A stretch of 52,942 nucleotides of DNA, from the NCBI GenBank assembly GCA_000934665.2, contig JYFJ02002669.1, positions 1 to 52,942 on the forward strand, written 5' to 3'. Of this stretch, positions 23,701 through 34,995 are shown piece after piece (position 1 is the stretch's first letter; every line of letters starts with the position of its first letter). A program made the position numbers and the translations under genes. The notes beneath the pieces are model-generated. The model was given only the letters and a program-made list of their open reading frames with translations. It did not search any database and had not been told where the DNA came from. Origin of the DNA: Catajapyx aquilonaris (Eukaryota).

Positions 23701-25720
23701 ATGACCACCTTCCAGGTCCTCGCCAGGATTTCCTATCTTGGCAGAACTGAGGAGGCCTGGACCAGATTTGAGCAGCTTCTGGAGCGTATTTCCAGCACGG
23801 CCCGGGAGGCAGCTCGGATTCCGCAACCATCAGGCGATAGGGGCTCCGCGAAGAAACCGATTGACGTGGAGGATCCCAAGGTGATACAAAGCCTGTATAG
23901 GAGAAACAGAAGGAGGGCCATCCGTCTCCTGCTGGAGGGGGAGGGCCAGAAATGTGACATTCCTGCCGATCGTCTCGAGGCCTCTTTTACGGAGGCCTAC
24001 GGCGCTAAACCTTGGGACCCGACTTTTTACGTAGCAAATAAGACTAGACCCGAGATCCAGATGCATGAGTTTACTCCAGGAGAGGTCTGGGCCAAAGTGA
24101 GGAGGGCGGAGAATACGGCGCCCGGGGATTATTCCCTCACATACCAGCACTGGCTGCTTTTGGATACGGAGGGAGTGTTGTTGGCCGCTGTCTTCAACAT
24201 TTGCCTCACCCAGCGGAGGATCCCGGCCCTCTGGCGTCACTCCACGACCATTTTGATCCCGAAGAAGGGTGACCTCGCTGAGCCGGGAAATTGGAGGCCA
24301 ATAGCCATCACTCGTACGATCACCAAGCTGTACACCGGATGTCTATCTGGCCGGTTGGCAAGATGGTTGGAGACGTATGAGGTCCTGCATCCAGCCCAGA
24401 AGGGTTTCATGCCTCATGATGGGGTCGTGGAGCACAATCACGTCTTGCAGGCTCGGATGGAGCAGACGAAGAGGGAGAAGTCCGATGTTTGCATAGGCTG
24501 GTTGGACTTCACTGCCGCTTACACCTCTGTTCCACATGGGGCTCTGAGGGCAGCCGTGGAGTCCGTTGGGGCCGGGGAAGCCTTCGTGGAGGTGGTTGCT
24601 GATCTCTGTCTTGGAGGAACCACCAGAGTAATGACGGGAGAAGGACTGACCAACCCTGTGCCAGTAGACAACGGCATTCGCCAAGGGGACCCTCTCAGCT
24701 GCTTGCTTTTAAACCTGGCCATCGACCAGGTGCTGTGGACGATCCAGCCAGAGGGAGGCCACGAAACTCATCGGGTGTTGGCTTACGCTGATGATGTCAC
24801 TTTGATTGCTTCTACACCTGATGAGTTGCAGGATGCTCTGGAAACGGTGGCGCGAGAAGCAGCGAGAGTCTCAATTATGGTGAACCCCCGGAAGTTTGTC
24901 ACCCTCCACCTATCGGGCAGGAAACCGGCTGGAGTTCGACCGACTGAGTTTCAACTCGAGGGGAGAAACATCAGGGCGCTAGCCGAGGGGGAGGCGACCA
25001 AATTTCTGGGAGTTCCTGCGGGCTTCAGGGCCGTTCCAGAGGCTGGGATTGCTGACAACTACATTAAGGTGGGGGAGAAGATAATGCGGTCCATGCTAGC
25101 CCCGTGGCAGAGACTGGACGCTTTAAAAACGTTCCTATACTCCGCCATGGTTTTCCCCATGAGGACAGGCCAGCTTCCTAAAGCAGAGTGGAAGAGGGTG
25201 GAGAGGCATCTGCGTCCACTTATCAAAAAGACTCTGTGCCTGCCCATTCGTGCGACTAACTAATATCTCCATGGGAGCCGTCGTTTCCAATTATTATCAC
25301 AAACGTCATGATGCGGTGGTTGGGAGGGTGAGGCGGGCGGCGGAGGCGAAGTTCACAGTCGTGGGGGACAACCAGAAGATCCTGGACGACTGTCAACTGA
25401 GACCGGTCCAGAAGGATGAGGTGCCCATCATCATCGACGTGGCCATACCCTTCCAAAACAGACTGGAGGCGTTGGCGGAGGCTCGACAGCGGAAGGAGGT
25501 CAAGTACGCCGCCTTGGCTGAATCCTTGAGGAAGAAGTATGGACGAGTGGTTGTGGAGCCCATCATTGTGGGAAGCTGGGACATTCAGAACGACAAGATT
25601 TTGAGGAAGTTCTGTGGTCGCACTTACCTGAGAATGTTGCGTAGATTGTGCGTGTCCAATGTTATTGCGTGGTCACGAAAATGTTATATTGATCATTTGA
25701 CCAACGTGCACCAGCAGTAG
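23701..25720 (+). pseudogene. Utopia RT-RLE polyprotein, disabled
   Basis: Full RT (QKGF, WLDF, GIRQGDPLS, LAYADD). Stop at 25261 where the minus copy has Glu (ANEYL); CCHC region deleted; RLE IIDVAIPF..KEVKY retained. Confidence 0.9.
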
Positions 25721-25962
25721 TCACTTGACCTGTAGATATATTTTTATGTACGAGTATGTTGACTCTTTCCAGTTATTCCTGCTGATGCCTAAAGGACAGC
25801 GTTCTACAGGATGAATAGAAGTTGTATGCTGTGTGTGTTATTAGTGATGACACGTTGATTGTCTCTTGTTGTGTTATTTATGCCGGGTTGTACCGTGTAT
25901 TTGCGTAGTTGAAGACTGGTGACATTTTTTTTTTTAGATCATTGATGACAAATGTATTAACC

Positions 25963-27470
25963 CAGTGGTTCCCAAACTGGGGGTCGCGACCCCCCAGGGG
26001 GTCGCGAAGCCTTTTCTGGGGGGTCGCGGCCGTAATTCTCACTTGCAATATTAATTTGGTGGAAAATTTCATCACGAAGGTATTTTACAACACGGATATA
26101 TTTCATTATGGTTTCGGTGCATTACTCTTCTACTATTAGACTTAGTCTAGTCAAGAAGTCCGCATAGGATAGGGCCCACCAGCTGGAAAACTCGAGAACT
26201 GAATGTTCTGTGGCGGGCCAGTCATTTTAAAATTTCCGCTTTCGCTAGCGAGATAAAGTTGAGGCAAATATCTCTCTCTAATAACACCATTCAGAGGAGA
26301 ATTGTCGATATGTCCCAAGATGTAAAAGAGCAGGTTCTGACTGAAATCAAAGGATCTCCTTTGTTTTCTATACAAGTTGACGAATCAACAGACGTAAGTT
26401 CATGCTCACAATTGATTGCTTTCGTGAGATATACGTATGCATTCAGATGACATCAAGGAAGAATTCCTGTTTTGTAGTGCACTTGAAACCACTTCCAAGG
26501 GTGAAGATATTATGGAGAAGATATGTACATTTTTTGAAGCTGGGGGACTGCCGTGGAAAAATCTCTGTGGGGTTTGTACAGATGGAGCACCAGACCTTGT
26601 GGCTTATTTTGATGATGAAATGTGGAAGAAAAGGGTTGCTTACTTAGCAGATATTTTGGAACAGCTAAATAAGCTTAACCTGAAGCTTCAGGGCAAGGAC
26701 ACGCACATCAATATTATTTCGAGACAATCTTCAAGCATTTGTGTGCAAGCTTCAAAACTGGAGACGGAAAGTGAATCTTGGGAACATTTCCATTTTCGAA
26801 AAACTCTGTTGTGTGGTTGAAGAATCAGAAGGAGACCTGGATGAAACCCTGAAGGTGGAGATTATTGCACACCTCGAGTCACTTGAAAATGAATTTGAGC
26901 GTTACTTTCCTGAGCTTAGAGATGAAGAAGCTGCATTGGCACGTAATCCATTTTCTGATTCCCTGGAGGTAGCCAGCATTCCCGATGAAGTACAGGATGA
27001 ATTTTTGGATCTGCGGAATGATTCCTCTGCACGTAATTTGTTTTATGAAAAATTTCTGACTCAGTTCTGGTGTGCTATGTATTCAGTCATATCCAAATGT
27101 CACCATCCTGGCCTTTCGGGTTTTACTGCCATTTGTGTCTACATATCGGTGCGAGAGTTGATTTTCAACGCTACTTCACATTAAAACCAAGGCAAGAAAT
27201 AGGCTGAATGTTGAGGATGACATGAGGCTTTCTTTAACAAACACTCAACCGCGAATTTTGGACCTGGTTACCCAGATGCAAGTGCACCCATCACATTGAA
27301 TGTTGGGTAAATAAAATGAGGAAAGATCCATCATGTAAGAAATATATTTCGTTGTTCTCTTTACCCTTACAATGCCTTTAACGCGAATGTGGGGGAGGAG
27401 GAAGGGGGGTCGCGGGTTATTTGGCTATTGTAAAAAGGGGTCGCGACCCGAAAAAGTTTGGGAACCACTG
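25963..27470 (+). mobile_element. hAT Charlie/Buster-type transposon, internally deleted
   Basis: TIR cagtggttcccaaact / agtttgggaaccactg; perfect 8-bp TSD tattaacc (25955-25962, 27471-27478); fragments SLSNNTIQRRI, FSIQVDESTD, GVCTDGAP, AYLADI..LNKLNLKLQG. Confidence 0.95.
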
Positions 27471-27556
27471 TATTAACCTGTCGCTTCTCTTTATGCCGGT
27501 TTCACTGTGATAATGTACATTTTCCATTGCAACTGTAGACATGAATGATAATAAAC

Positions 27557-27576
27557 TCTGTTCTTATCAGCTTAAT
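27557..27576 (+). ncRNA. 20-nt U2 snRNA fragment (Utopia target-site sequence), not a full gene
   Basis: tctgttcttatcagcttaat equals U2 immediately 3' of the GTAGTA branch-point recognition sequence; similarity stops after 20 nt. Confidence 0.8.
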
Positions 27577-28410
27577 TTTGCGCCTCGCGCGCGAATCCCA
27601 GAACCAAAAGTAACAGTATAAGCGATAAAACAAAATAATCTTAGAGCAGTGCTGCACCTTGATCCTGAGGTGCAAATAAGGGCGTTGCAGGGTGTGAGTG
27701 CTCAGGCCGACCCCGCTGTAATGCTTGCTGCATTACAGGATAGGCTTGCGGGTATGGCCGTGGCCAGGCCGGTGAACGAGGGTGTTGTCCCGGAGAATGT
27801 GCCTATTAATGGTGGGTACGATTCGGGGGGTACACAGTCGACATCAGTACAGGGTACTAATGTGACTGATCGGCGTGATGGACCGACGGTGTCCAATACA
27901 TCGACTGGTGTCGATGGGGCAATATTACAACAGCAGCAGTTGGCATTGACACAAGGTGTTAAGGGTTGCAGGTCGGTATAACATACAGCAATTCAATAAG
28001 AGCCCAACAAGACAGGGCCCATGTTCTATTGATGCTCACTTCAAGGGAGGGAAGTAACATGCGGGATGGGGCATGGGTACTCTGTAGTTTCCAGGAAGTT
28101 GGTGTAGTAGGACTGCCGGCAAAGTCATGATAGCCTGCTCGAAGAGGCGGAAGCTTCTGCTTCTGCTGCATGGTTTGCTGGGGAGAAAAAAAGAGGCTCC
28201 TGCTGAATGGGAGGATGTGCTGGGTTCGCAAAACCTGGCAGCTCCGAAAGGAACATGGCCACTACAACACACTGGTAAGACAATCAACTTCATCAGGAAT
28301 TGATACATTTCTACAGGTGCGTCACAAAACTATTTCACATTACTGCTGTCATTACTTACATACATTTTATTAAAATTGATGAAACTGGGCATTTGCGACT
28401 GCACATGTAC

Positions 28411-28412
<2 letters not shown>

Positions 28413-28479
<67 letters not shown>
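28413..28479. repeat. (AAT)n microsatellite
   Basis: About 22 perfect units. Confidence 0.95.
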
Positions 28480-28480
<1 letters not shown>

Positions 28481-29180
28481 TGGACCTCTTAATGAGGTAT
28501 TGCACGGACCTTTATTGTGTTTAGTGTTTAGTCACTACCGTATCAAAAATTAGACAAAAAAAATGGAAGGTACGGTTGATTCTACATTTTGTAGACCTGG
28601 CACTTGCGAATTCATGGGGGCAATACAGGCGGGACCAAGTGAATCAGGGGGTGCAAAGTAAGAATGTAATGAAATTTCGTTTTCATGTGGCGGAGGCCTT
28701 AATGTATTTGTGTGGGGAGGGATGAGAGCAATGTGAGCAGCGATAGTGAGGTAGCGGATGTAAGAAGGAAGGTCATTCCTAAGCGGAGCAGGGAAAAGAG
28801 GAAGAGTAAAAGCCTCATGCACCTTCCTCAGATGTTGGATGACAAGCACGCCAGCCGTTTTCGGTTAGAGGGGTGTAACGGGCGTTCCAGAGTTATCTGC
28901 ACAGTATGCAAGATGTACCCCCGCGAGCATAAAGATGGAGACGGCAGGCCATTTTGTGACCTTTCTTTATCCGACTCAAATTAATGAACTATTTTTTGGA
29001 CCGAGTTAGCTGATTCAGGCGTGTGTTCGTGTATTTATGACAGTATATTTGATACTATAATTGCTGAGATTGACAGAGCAGCCTGCCGAAGGGGAGGGCC
29101 GGCCGTCTCCATCTTTATGCTCGCGGCAGTACCTATGTGTCTCAACGCAGAGAAATTGTTTTCTACAGTTCCACATGTGA
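28480..29180 (+). pseudogene. piggyBac transposase C-terminal remnant
   Basis: VDLL, TKKWKVRLILHFVDLALANSW, and Cys-rich tail HLP...GCNGRSRVICTVCKM[MITE]YLCVSTQRNCFLQFH*. Confidence 0.85.
28918..29129. mobile_element. 212-bp Tc1/mariner-type MITE, TA TSD
   Basis: TIR core ccgcgagcataaagatggagacggc and its reverse complement. Removing the element plus one TA restores piggyBac K-M-Y-L-C-V-S. Confidence 0.9.
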
Positions 29181-29489
29181 TTTGTGTATGTGCTTTGCAA
29201 GACTTGTAAGAAATTTCACATTGTGACAATATGTAGAGAAGCAATAAAGTCATTCCAACCCGATGTTCACATATGTGTACATGCTCTAAGTACAAAACTA
29301 AATTACGTATGACCCTGATTATTTTTTTCAGCATTGCGAGAGCCTCCATAACTTGATATGTATATATTTTACTTGGGAAAGTTTGAATGATATTTTGCTC
29401 AGGTTGCTAGAGGATATAAGATGGTTGGTCACATGCACAGGGAACCCCATTTTTGGCATCACAACACTTTGTAACTTAAAAAATAAACC

Positions 29490-30780
29490 ATAGTACCTAA
29501 ACAGATTGGCGAACAACGCCGGCAGACTGGCACCAGGAGGATCAACGGAGCTGAATGAGAACTTTAAGAGCATGGTGGTGAACAAGATCAAAGTTTTATG
29601 GCGGAAGTAATTCGATGAACACTCGGGTTTCGGCTGCAGTTGGCCAGAAAAACGTGGGAACGGTGTTTGCCAGCGGGACTTTTGAGATGCTGTCCCTGTC
29701 CCCTGGTTCTGTAACCTAAAGAAGTATGAAAAGAAAAGATGCTCTGAGGCTAAAAATGAAGCCATTGAAGGGAACGGAGGCTTTCAAAGCACGGCGGTTT
29801 TTTTTTTTGTTGTTGTTAAAAACGAAGAAGTCGACAACGCCAAGGAATGAAACGGTGGGAAGGTGCTTCTTACATGGCCGATGTTGGAATTTTTCAGCCC
29901 CCTGTTGTATCCAGTCCGCACCTAGGAGGAGAGGGCCCAGTTCCAGATGACAGAGTGCTAGTTTATTTTGACCTGGAAACCAGTGGGCTGGCCATGCGAT
30001 CGGAAATACTCAAGTGGCAGGTAAATGTGCTGGTTCTGAAACACCACCATGTGTACTGCAAACCATTACGTGGGATCTCAACTGCTGTCACAGGTCTGCC
30101 AGCAGTGGAAGGAGACTTATACCTTCATGGGCAGCGTGTTTCGGTTGTCCCACTTAAAAGTGCACTGCAGCAATTTATTGACTTCTTAAAAACCCTTTGG
30201 AATCACATTGTGTTAGTGGGGCACAATTCTTTTATATTTGATATGTCCCGACTTCTTTGTGCACTGCGTAACAATGGACTCAGTGATGAATTCGAGAGTG
30301 TTGTTTGGGAGTGTAGCAGACACATATCCGCTGATGAAGGATCTCCATAAGGAAGACAAAGAAAAGTGGAAAAAGGAGCCTTCATACAAATTGTCCTCTC
30401 TGTCTGAAAAGTATGATGAAGGATATGACCCCACGGGTGATGTGTTAGCTCTGGAAGGTGTTTGCTTATCACAGCAATTGAATGTGGAATTACTAACTCA
30501 TTGGATAACATTGTCCTACTATCTTGATAGGCAACTAACTAAAGCCAGAAAGTCTCAACTTGTACAGAGACTTGCACCTCTTGGTGGTTTTGTGTCAAAA
30601 TCAATGGTACACAAGATTGCTGCTGCAGGTATCACAATACAACAACTAAGAGACTGCATCAACCATGGAGGGGAGAAAGGTGTTGAATTGTTTATGAAGG
30701 AAAATGTTGGAGGAGGGAAACCGGCCGTGTGACTAAATCACGATGGGTTATTGACTAGGTGGTCTGGTTTCTGAGGCAAT
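29490..30780 (+). pseudogene. Kolobok-like transposase tail followed by a DEDD exonuclease (PML-C/exuperantia-like)
   Basis: LAPGGSTELNENF...FYGGSNSMNTRVSAAVGQKNVG, then VYFDLETSGL, LVGHNSFIFD, SYKLSSL, GDVLAL; frameshifted. The superfamily call is inferred. Confidence 0.6.
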
Positions 30781-31081
30781 TGTGACCGGTGCATTTTTGC
30801 TCATTGTACATTTTACTCATAACGTCACAAGATTCCTACATATGTAAATTTTCTCCCATCATGCAACTGTCGCTCTGGTATTTAAGCCAGCCTCTGTTGA
30901 TGGCTCGAGGTCAGTCGGTTCCCTCCTTGGGCCGACTACCCGACTGGGGTTAATCCCTTGGTCGTAAAACTACCCTCATCCACCTTGTTAACCACACAAC
31001 CACGCTGATCAGAAATAAAATTGTCATAGTCTATTTTATGTCTTTTCGTATCCCATTCACGCCCCCGCTCGGTCACCTACG

Positions 31082-31099
31082 TGGTGTCAGAAGTGGGAT
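31082..31099 (+). promoter_or_regulatory. Primer-binding site complementary to the tRNA-Leu 3' end
   Basis: tggtgtcagaagtgggat, 4 nt after the 5' LTR. Confidence 0.85.
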
Positions 31100-31599
31100 T
31101 TGAGGGAAAAAGGGTCAGGGAATACATCTCACACAGGAGATAAAGAGCTGTTACACTCGAAAGGATGAGGGAAAAATGAGCTACTCATGGTAGTCAAAAT
31201 GGTGCTCCAAACACCGTACATTTCGGACCGGTATTTATGGCCGAAAAAAGGGGTTTACTTAGGAAGGAAAAAAAGGAAACACCCAACAGTCAACAATTCT
31301 GATCAAAGAAGTTTTTAACGGACATGACCGTCCCGCAACAGCGAGGGCCAAGCCGACCATGTTGTCTTAGCCACCGTAAAACGGCATCCCACTTCTGACT
31401 TGATCCACCAGTACTGACGGCGAGCCTAAGGGATGTCACGACCATGGTGCATTGCGACGATGCCTTTATAAACGTGCAGGAGTGAAGCAACCACACCATT
31501 TCAGATGAACTGTTACTAACTGTCATCATTCCCATTCAGCAGCAGGTACGAGCCTTCCACGTGACAGCAACTATGGCGACCGCAGCCCCGTTTGGAAGC

Positions 31600-31960
31600 C
31601 TCCATCTTGCCTCCGCCACTACTCTTACCGTGGACCTCTTGGGCCCACCAATAACGGCCATGTTGGATAGTGGCGCCGTATCATCTACCATCGATGTTAC
31701 AACGCTGGAAGCTCTGCCCCACCATTTGCGCCCAGCCATGCTGCCTGATGACCAATCCTGTCTGCACGTAGCTGATCAACGCACCATCCAACCTGTGGGG
31801 CGTGTCCTACTACGTACTACCCATTCAGATTGGAGACGTCACGACCTGGAAACTGTTCCTTGTGGTCGTGCGAAGCCTTATTCCGATTGTACAGGTCGCC
31901 GATTTCCTGTCTTCGCATCAGTGTCGTATGGACTTCGACAGGATGTTGCTGACTGGATCT
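31600..31960 (+). pseudogene. Retropepsin aspartic protease remnant
   Basis: ITAMLDSGAVSSTI active-site motif; frameshifted continuation FLVVVRSLIPIVQVADFL. Confidence 0.75.
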
Positions 31961-32976
31961 GCTCCTGATCCCGCAAATGAAAATGCTGACCGACGCCATT
32001 TTGAGGCTCCCTTCAACCTGTTTGAAGATACTCCAGTGATGGACACTGCGCACAGCGGGATGCCTGCCACCGTCTCTTCCCACATCTGAATCTGAATCTG
32101 AAGACGATGGTCCGGCCAGCCCTACTGCAACCAATGAATGATGTGATGTGATGTGATGCTTCACGTGTGATGGAAAAACCCCGTTTTCTCCCTAGTGACA
32201 GTTGAATAGCTGGAAGCCTATTTTGTTGACGTGTGAACTCCTTTTTTTGTTTACTTCAAGACTCTGCACCTGGCACAGTTTTTTTTTTGTTTGACCGTCA
32301 GTGAATTTCCGGGTCATATCTTTTCATTAGATTTGATGTATGTTCACACGTGTCCAGCCATTTTTGTGCCTCTTTTTTGTTACTATGTTTCGTGCTTGGC
32401 GAAGGGGTGTGTGACCGGTGCATTTTTGCTCATTGTACATTTTACTCATAACGTCACAAGATTCATACATATGTAAATCTTCCCCCATCATGCACCTGTC
32501 TCTCTGGTATTTAAGCCAGCCTCTGTTGATGGCTCGAGGTCAGTCGGTTCCCTCCTTGGGCCGACTACCCGACTGGGGTTAATCCCTTGGTCGTAAAACT
32601 ACCCTCATCCACCTTGTTAACCACACACCCACGCTGATCAGAAATAAAGTTGTCAGAGTCTATTTCATGTCTTTTCGTATCCCATTCACGCCCCCGCTCG
32701 GTCACACCATGAAAAGTGAGGCAACCTTCCTCCAAATCCTCAAAAAAAAACCTGTTGTACAATTAATGTATTCTCCAAGATACTTTGATGACAATCCTTG
32801 TCAAATGGCTATTGTTTATTTTTCGTAAATCTTTGTAGTAAAAGTAGCAATTATTTGGTAATCTACTTCTGTTTCCTCATTTTTATTTTGCTTTTCAGAA
32901 TTTAAACCGTTTGTTAACATAGGTGAGCAGTGAATAAGGATGGTAAGACAACATGGTGATGAGGAAGATCTACAGA

Positions 32977-33040
32977 GTAGTAGTAGTAGTGGTTGTTGTA
33001 GTAGTGGTTGTTGTAGTAGTAGTAGTAGTAGTAGTAGTAG
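32977..33040. repeat. (GTA/GTT)n microsatellite
   Basis: Direct inspection. Confidence 0.9.
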
Positions 33041-33952
33041 AATAATATACCATGTCAGTCGTGAGGTAAAAATTACCCCCTATCGAATTATGCATTGATA
33101 ACCATCATAGACTTGTATTTATCTAAAATATGTGCATGAAGGTGAATACGAAATAACTTACGGAACACCCTGTATAGGTGTAAGTTTTTGGTTTAAAATT
33201 TCTTCGACGTATAATTCGGCGACCTCGATAACGTAAGAAATCGGATCTAGAACAGACACATGGCTACATTGTATAGTCAACAAAAACTTGTGACAGGGTC
33301 CTTAGATAACATGAGTTTGGTTTTAACGTCTAATTATAGCCAGGGATATATCTGTCGTTCAGGTCCATCCAGAGATGGATTAAGAGGTATAAGGAGGAGG
33401 CACTTGCCGGGTTAAAGACGCGAGATTCCCAGGCGCCCACGTATTAGCACTCCAGATCAAGACGCAGCGCTAGTGGAGGCCGCGGAGAAGCAACTCTTTC
33501 AGCCGACCACCTCAACTGTCAGGGGAGATGTCCAGGATTTTCCGGGCCACTTTGATACCGCAAGACGGAGGTAGGCTATGTGAGGGGTTGTTTTTTAAAA
33601 TGGGAGGGACCGTGAGAGCTTGGTCTGTACGCCTCGCCTCCGGACTCCACATGCGTCAGGCTAAATGATAGTTAGGATTAAAATGTAGACCTCAAAAGTG
33701 ACTCGCACGTGTTTCGTCGTTGCTTACAGGCTGACAGAAAAGGTCATCAAGCGCCGGGTCCCTGTGGGGGGACTGTGGAACACAAGCGGGCCCGGCTTCA
33801 GTTCGCCGAGACATACATAGAGAAGTCTGACGACTTTTGGATGGGGACTCTTTTCTCCGATGAAAAGACTTTCCGGTCGGATTGTCAGGGGAAGCTTCAC
33901 TGCTGGAGGCCGGATGGAACACGGTATGTGTCAAGGGCAAGAAATGTTCCGG

Positions 33953-34995
33953 CGCCATCATTGCATGCAAGAAGCGTGCAGAGACGGAGCCAGGAGTGTC
34001 ATTGAGGACAATCTTCAATGAAGAAAGTTGCAAATAAAGTGACCTTTGCTACTGGGAGCAGAATGAAACATGATTTACGAGTCGTTAACATTAATTTTAA
34101 TCTTCATGGACTGGCTGTAGTGAAGAATTTCAGCTCTGATGTAACTTAATATACTTGCTGTACTCCATGTAATAATGTATTATTTACTCTTATTGGTGCC
34201 ACGTTGTAGCATTGCACGACATGTGTGATTCTTCTACGCTCAATAATTATTTTGTGGCGGCCTTGCACAGGAACTTTCTTTTGCCCATAACGCAACCAGC
34301 AATTTCATTTCGTAGTTTTGCAGGGACCCACAGGCTGCAGTGCAGGTTGGCTTTCTCTAACTGGAAAGCGCCATGCAGAAGCGGCGTAAGGGGGCCATGC
34401 CATCACTGCCCCAAAATGCAGAAGAGTTTGGAGCCGCAGTTCTGCAACTGCCCCAGTACCACATGACCGCTGGTGGGGGGCCGTTCTACCTCACAACAAT
34501 TAGAACTGTGGTTGGATTTTCAGGGTGCGCTGAGAGGCGACAATGTTCAGCTCCATATCGATGGAACCTTTCAACCGGTTCCAGGAATGTATCACCAGCT
34601 GCTCACTGTAGCTGTTGCAACCTGTGGATATGTGAGTTGTTGTTGTTATTGAACTCTGAGTGCTGCACATGCACAAAAATTAAAATCCTGTGTCATTACA
34701 GAATAAATGCTGATTAACTATTGTCAGAAATTTTCTAATGTTAATTTCCATTGCGCATCTAATCTTTGATGATGTCTTGCAGGTTTTCCCAGCAGTGTTT
34801 GTACTGATGATCAACAGAACCATGGAATCCTACATGTGGGTACTGCTTGACCTAAAAAATCACGTACGAGGAAGTAATGGATCCAGCTGGAATCCAGAGA
34901 GAATAACGGATTTTGAGTCTCCTCTTCAAGGGGCTTTGGTCGCAGTGTTTCCGGCAGCCAGGCTATCTGGCTGCTGGCTTCACTTATTTTGCCAG
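33953..34995 (+). pseudogene. Intron-containing MULE transposase fragment (three exons) at the start of copy C
   Basis: KKRAETEPGVSLRTIFNEE; exon 34324-34631 with IDGTF; exon 34783-34995 with TDFE and GCWLH. Confidence 0.8.

Larger units (their letters stand above)
23391..27556 (+). mobile_element. Utopia/NeSL non-LTR element, plus copy, 5'-truncated; 3' UTR split by a hAT insertion
   Basis: ORF remnant followed by 3' UTR (25721-25962 and 27471-27556) ending taataaac directly before U2 sequence. The start is approximate. Confidence 0.85.
30781..32706 (+). mobile_element. Complete non-autonomous gypsy-type LTR element (297-bp LTRs 30781-31077 and 32410-32706)
   Basis: TG..CA LTR ends (last base of the 5' LTR mutated), ~10 mismatches counted by eye; PBS, PPT gaagggg, TSD caat/ccat; no RT or integrase. 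Confidence 0.95.

Noticed and set aside
19833..25584. Long antisense ORFs (e.g. 19833-20603, 23830-24240, 24343-24684)
   Set aside because: Shadows of GC-rich Utopia coding sequence.
27557..27750. Full U2 snRNA gene
   Set aside because: The match lasts only 20 nt; no 5' stem or downstream U2 stem-loops are recognisable.
28300..28524. Poly-Asn ORF
   Set aside because: Translation of an (AAT)n microsatellite.
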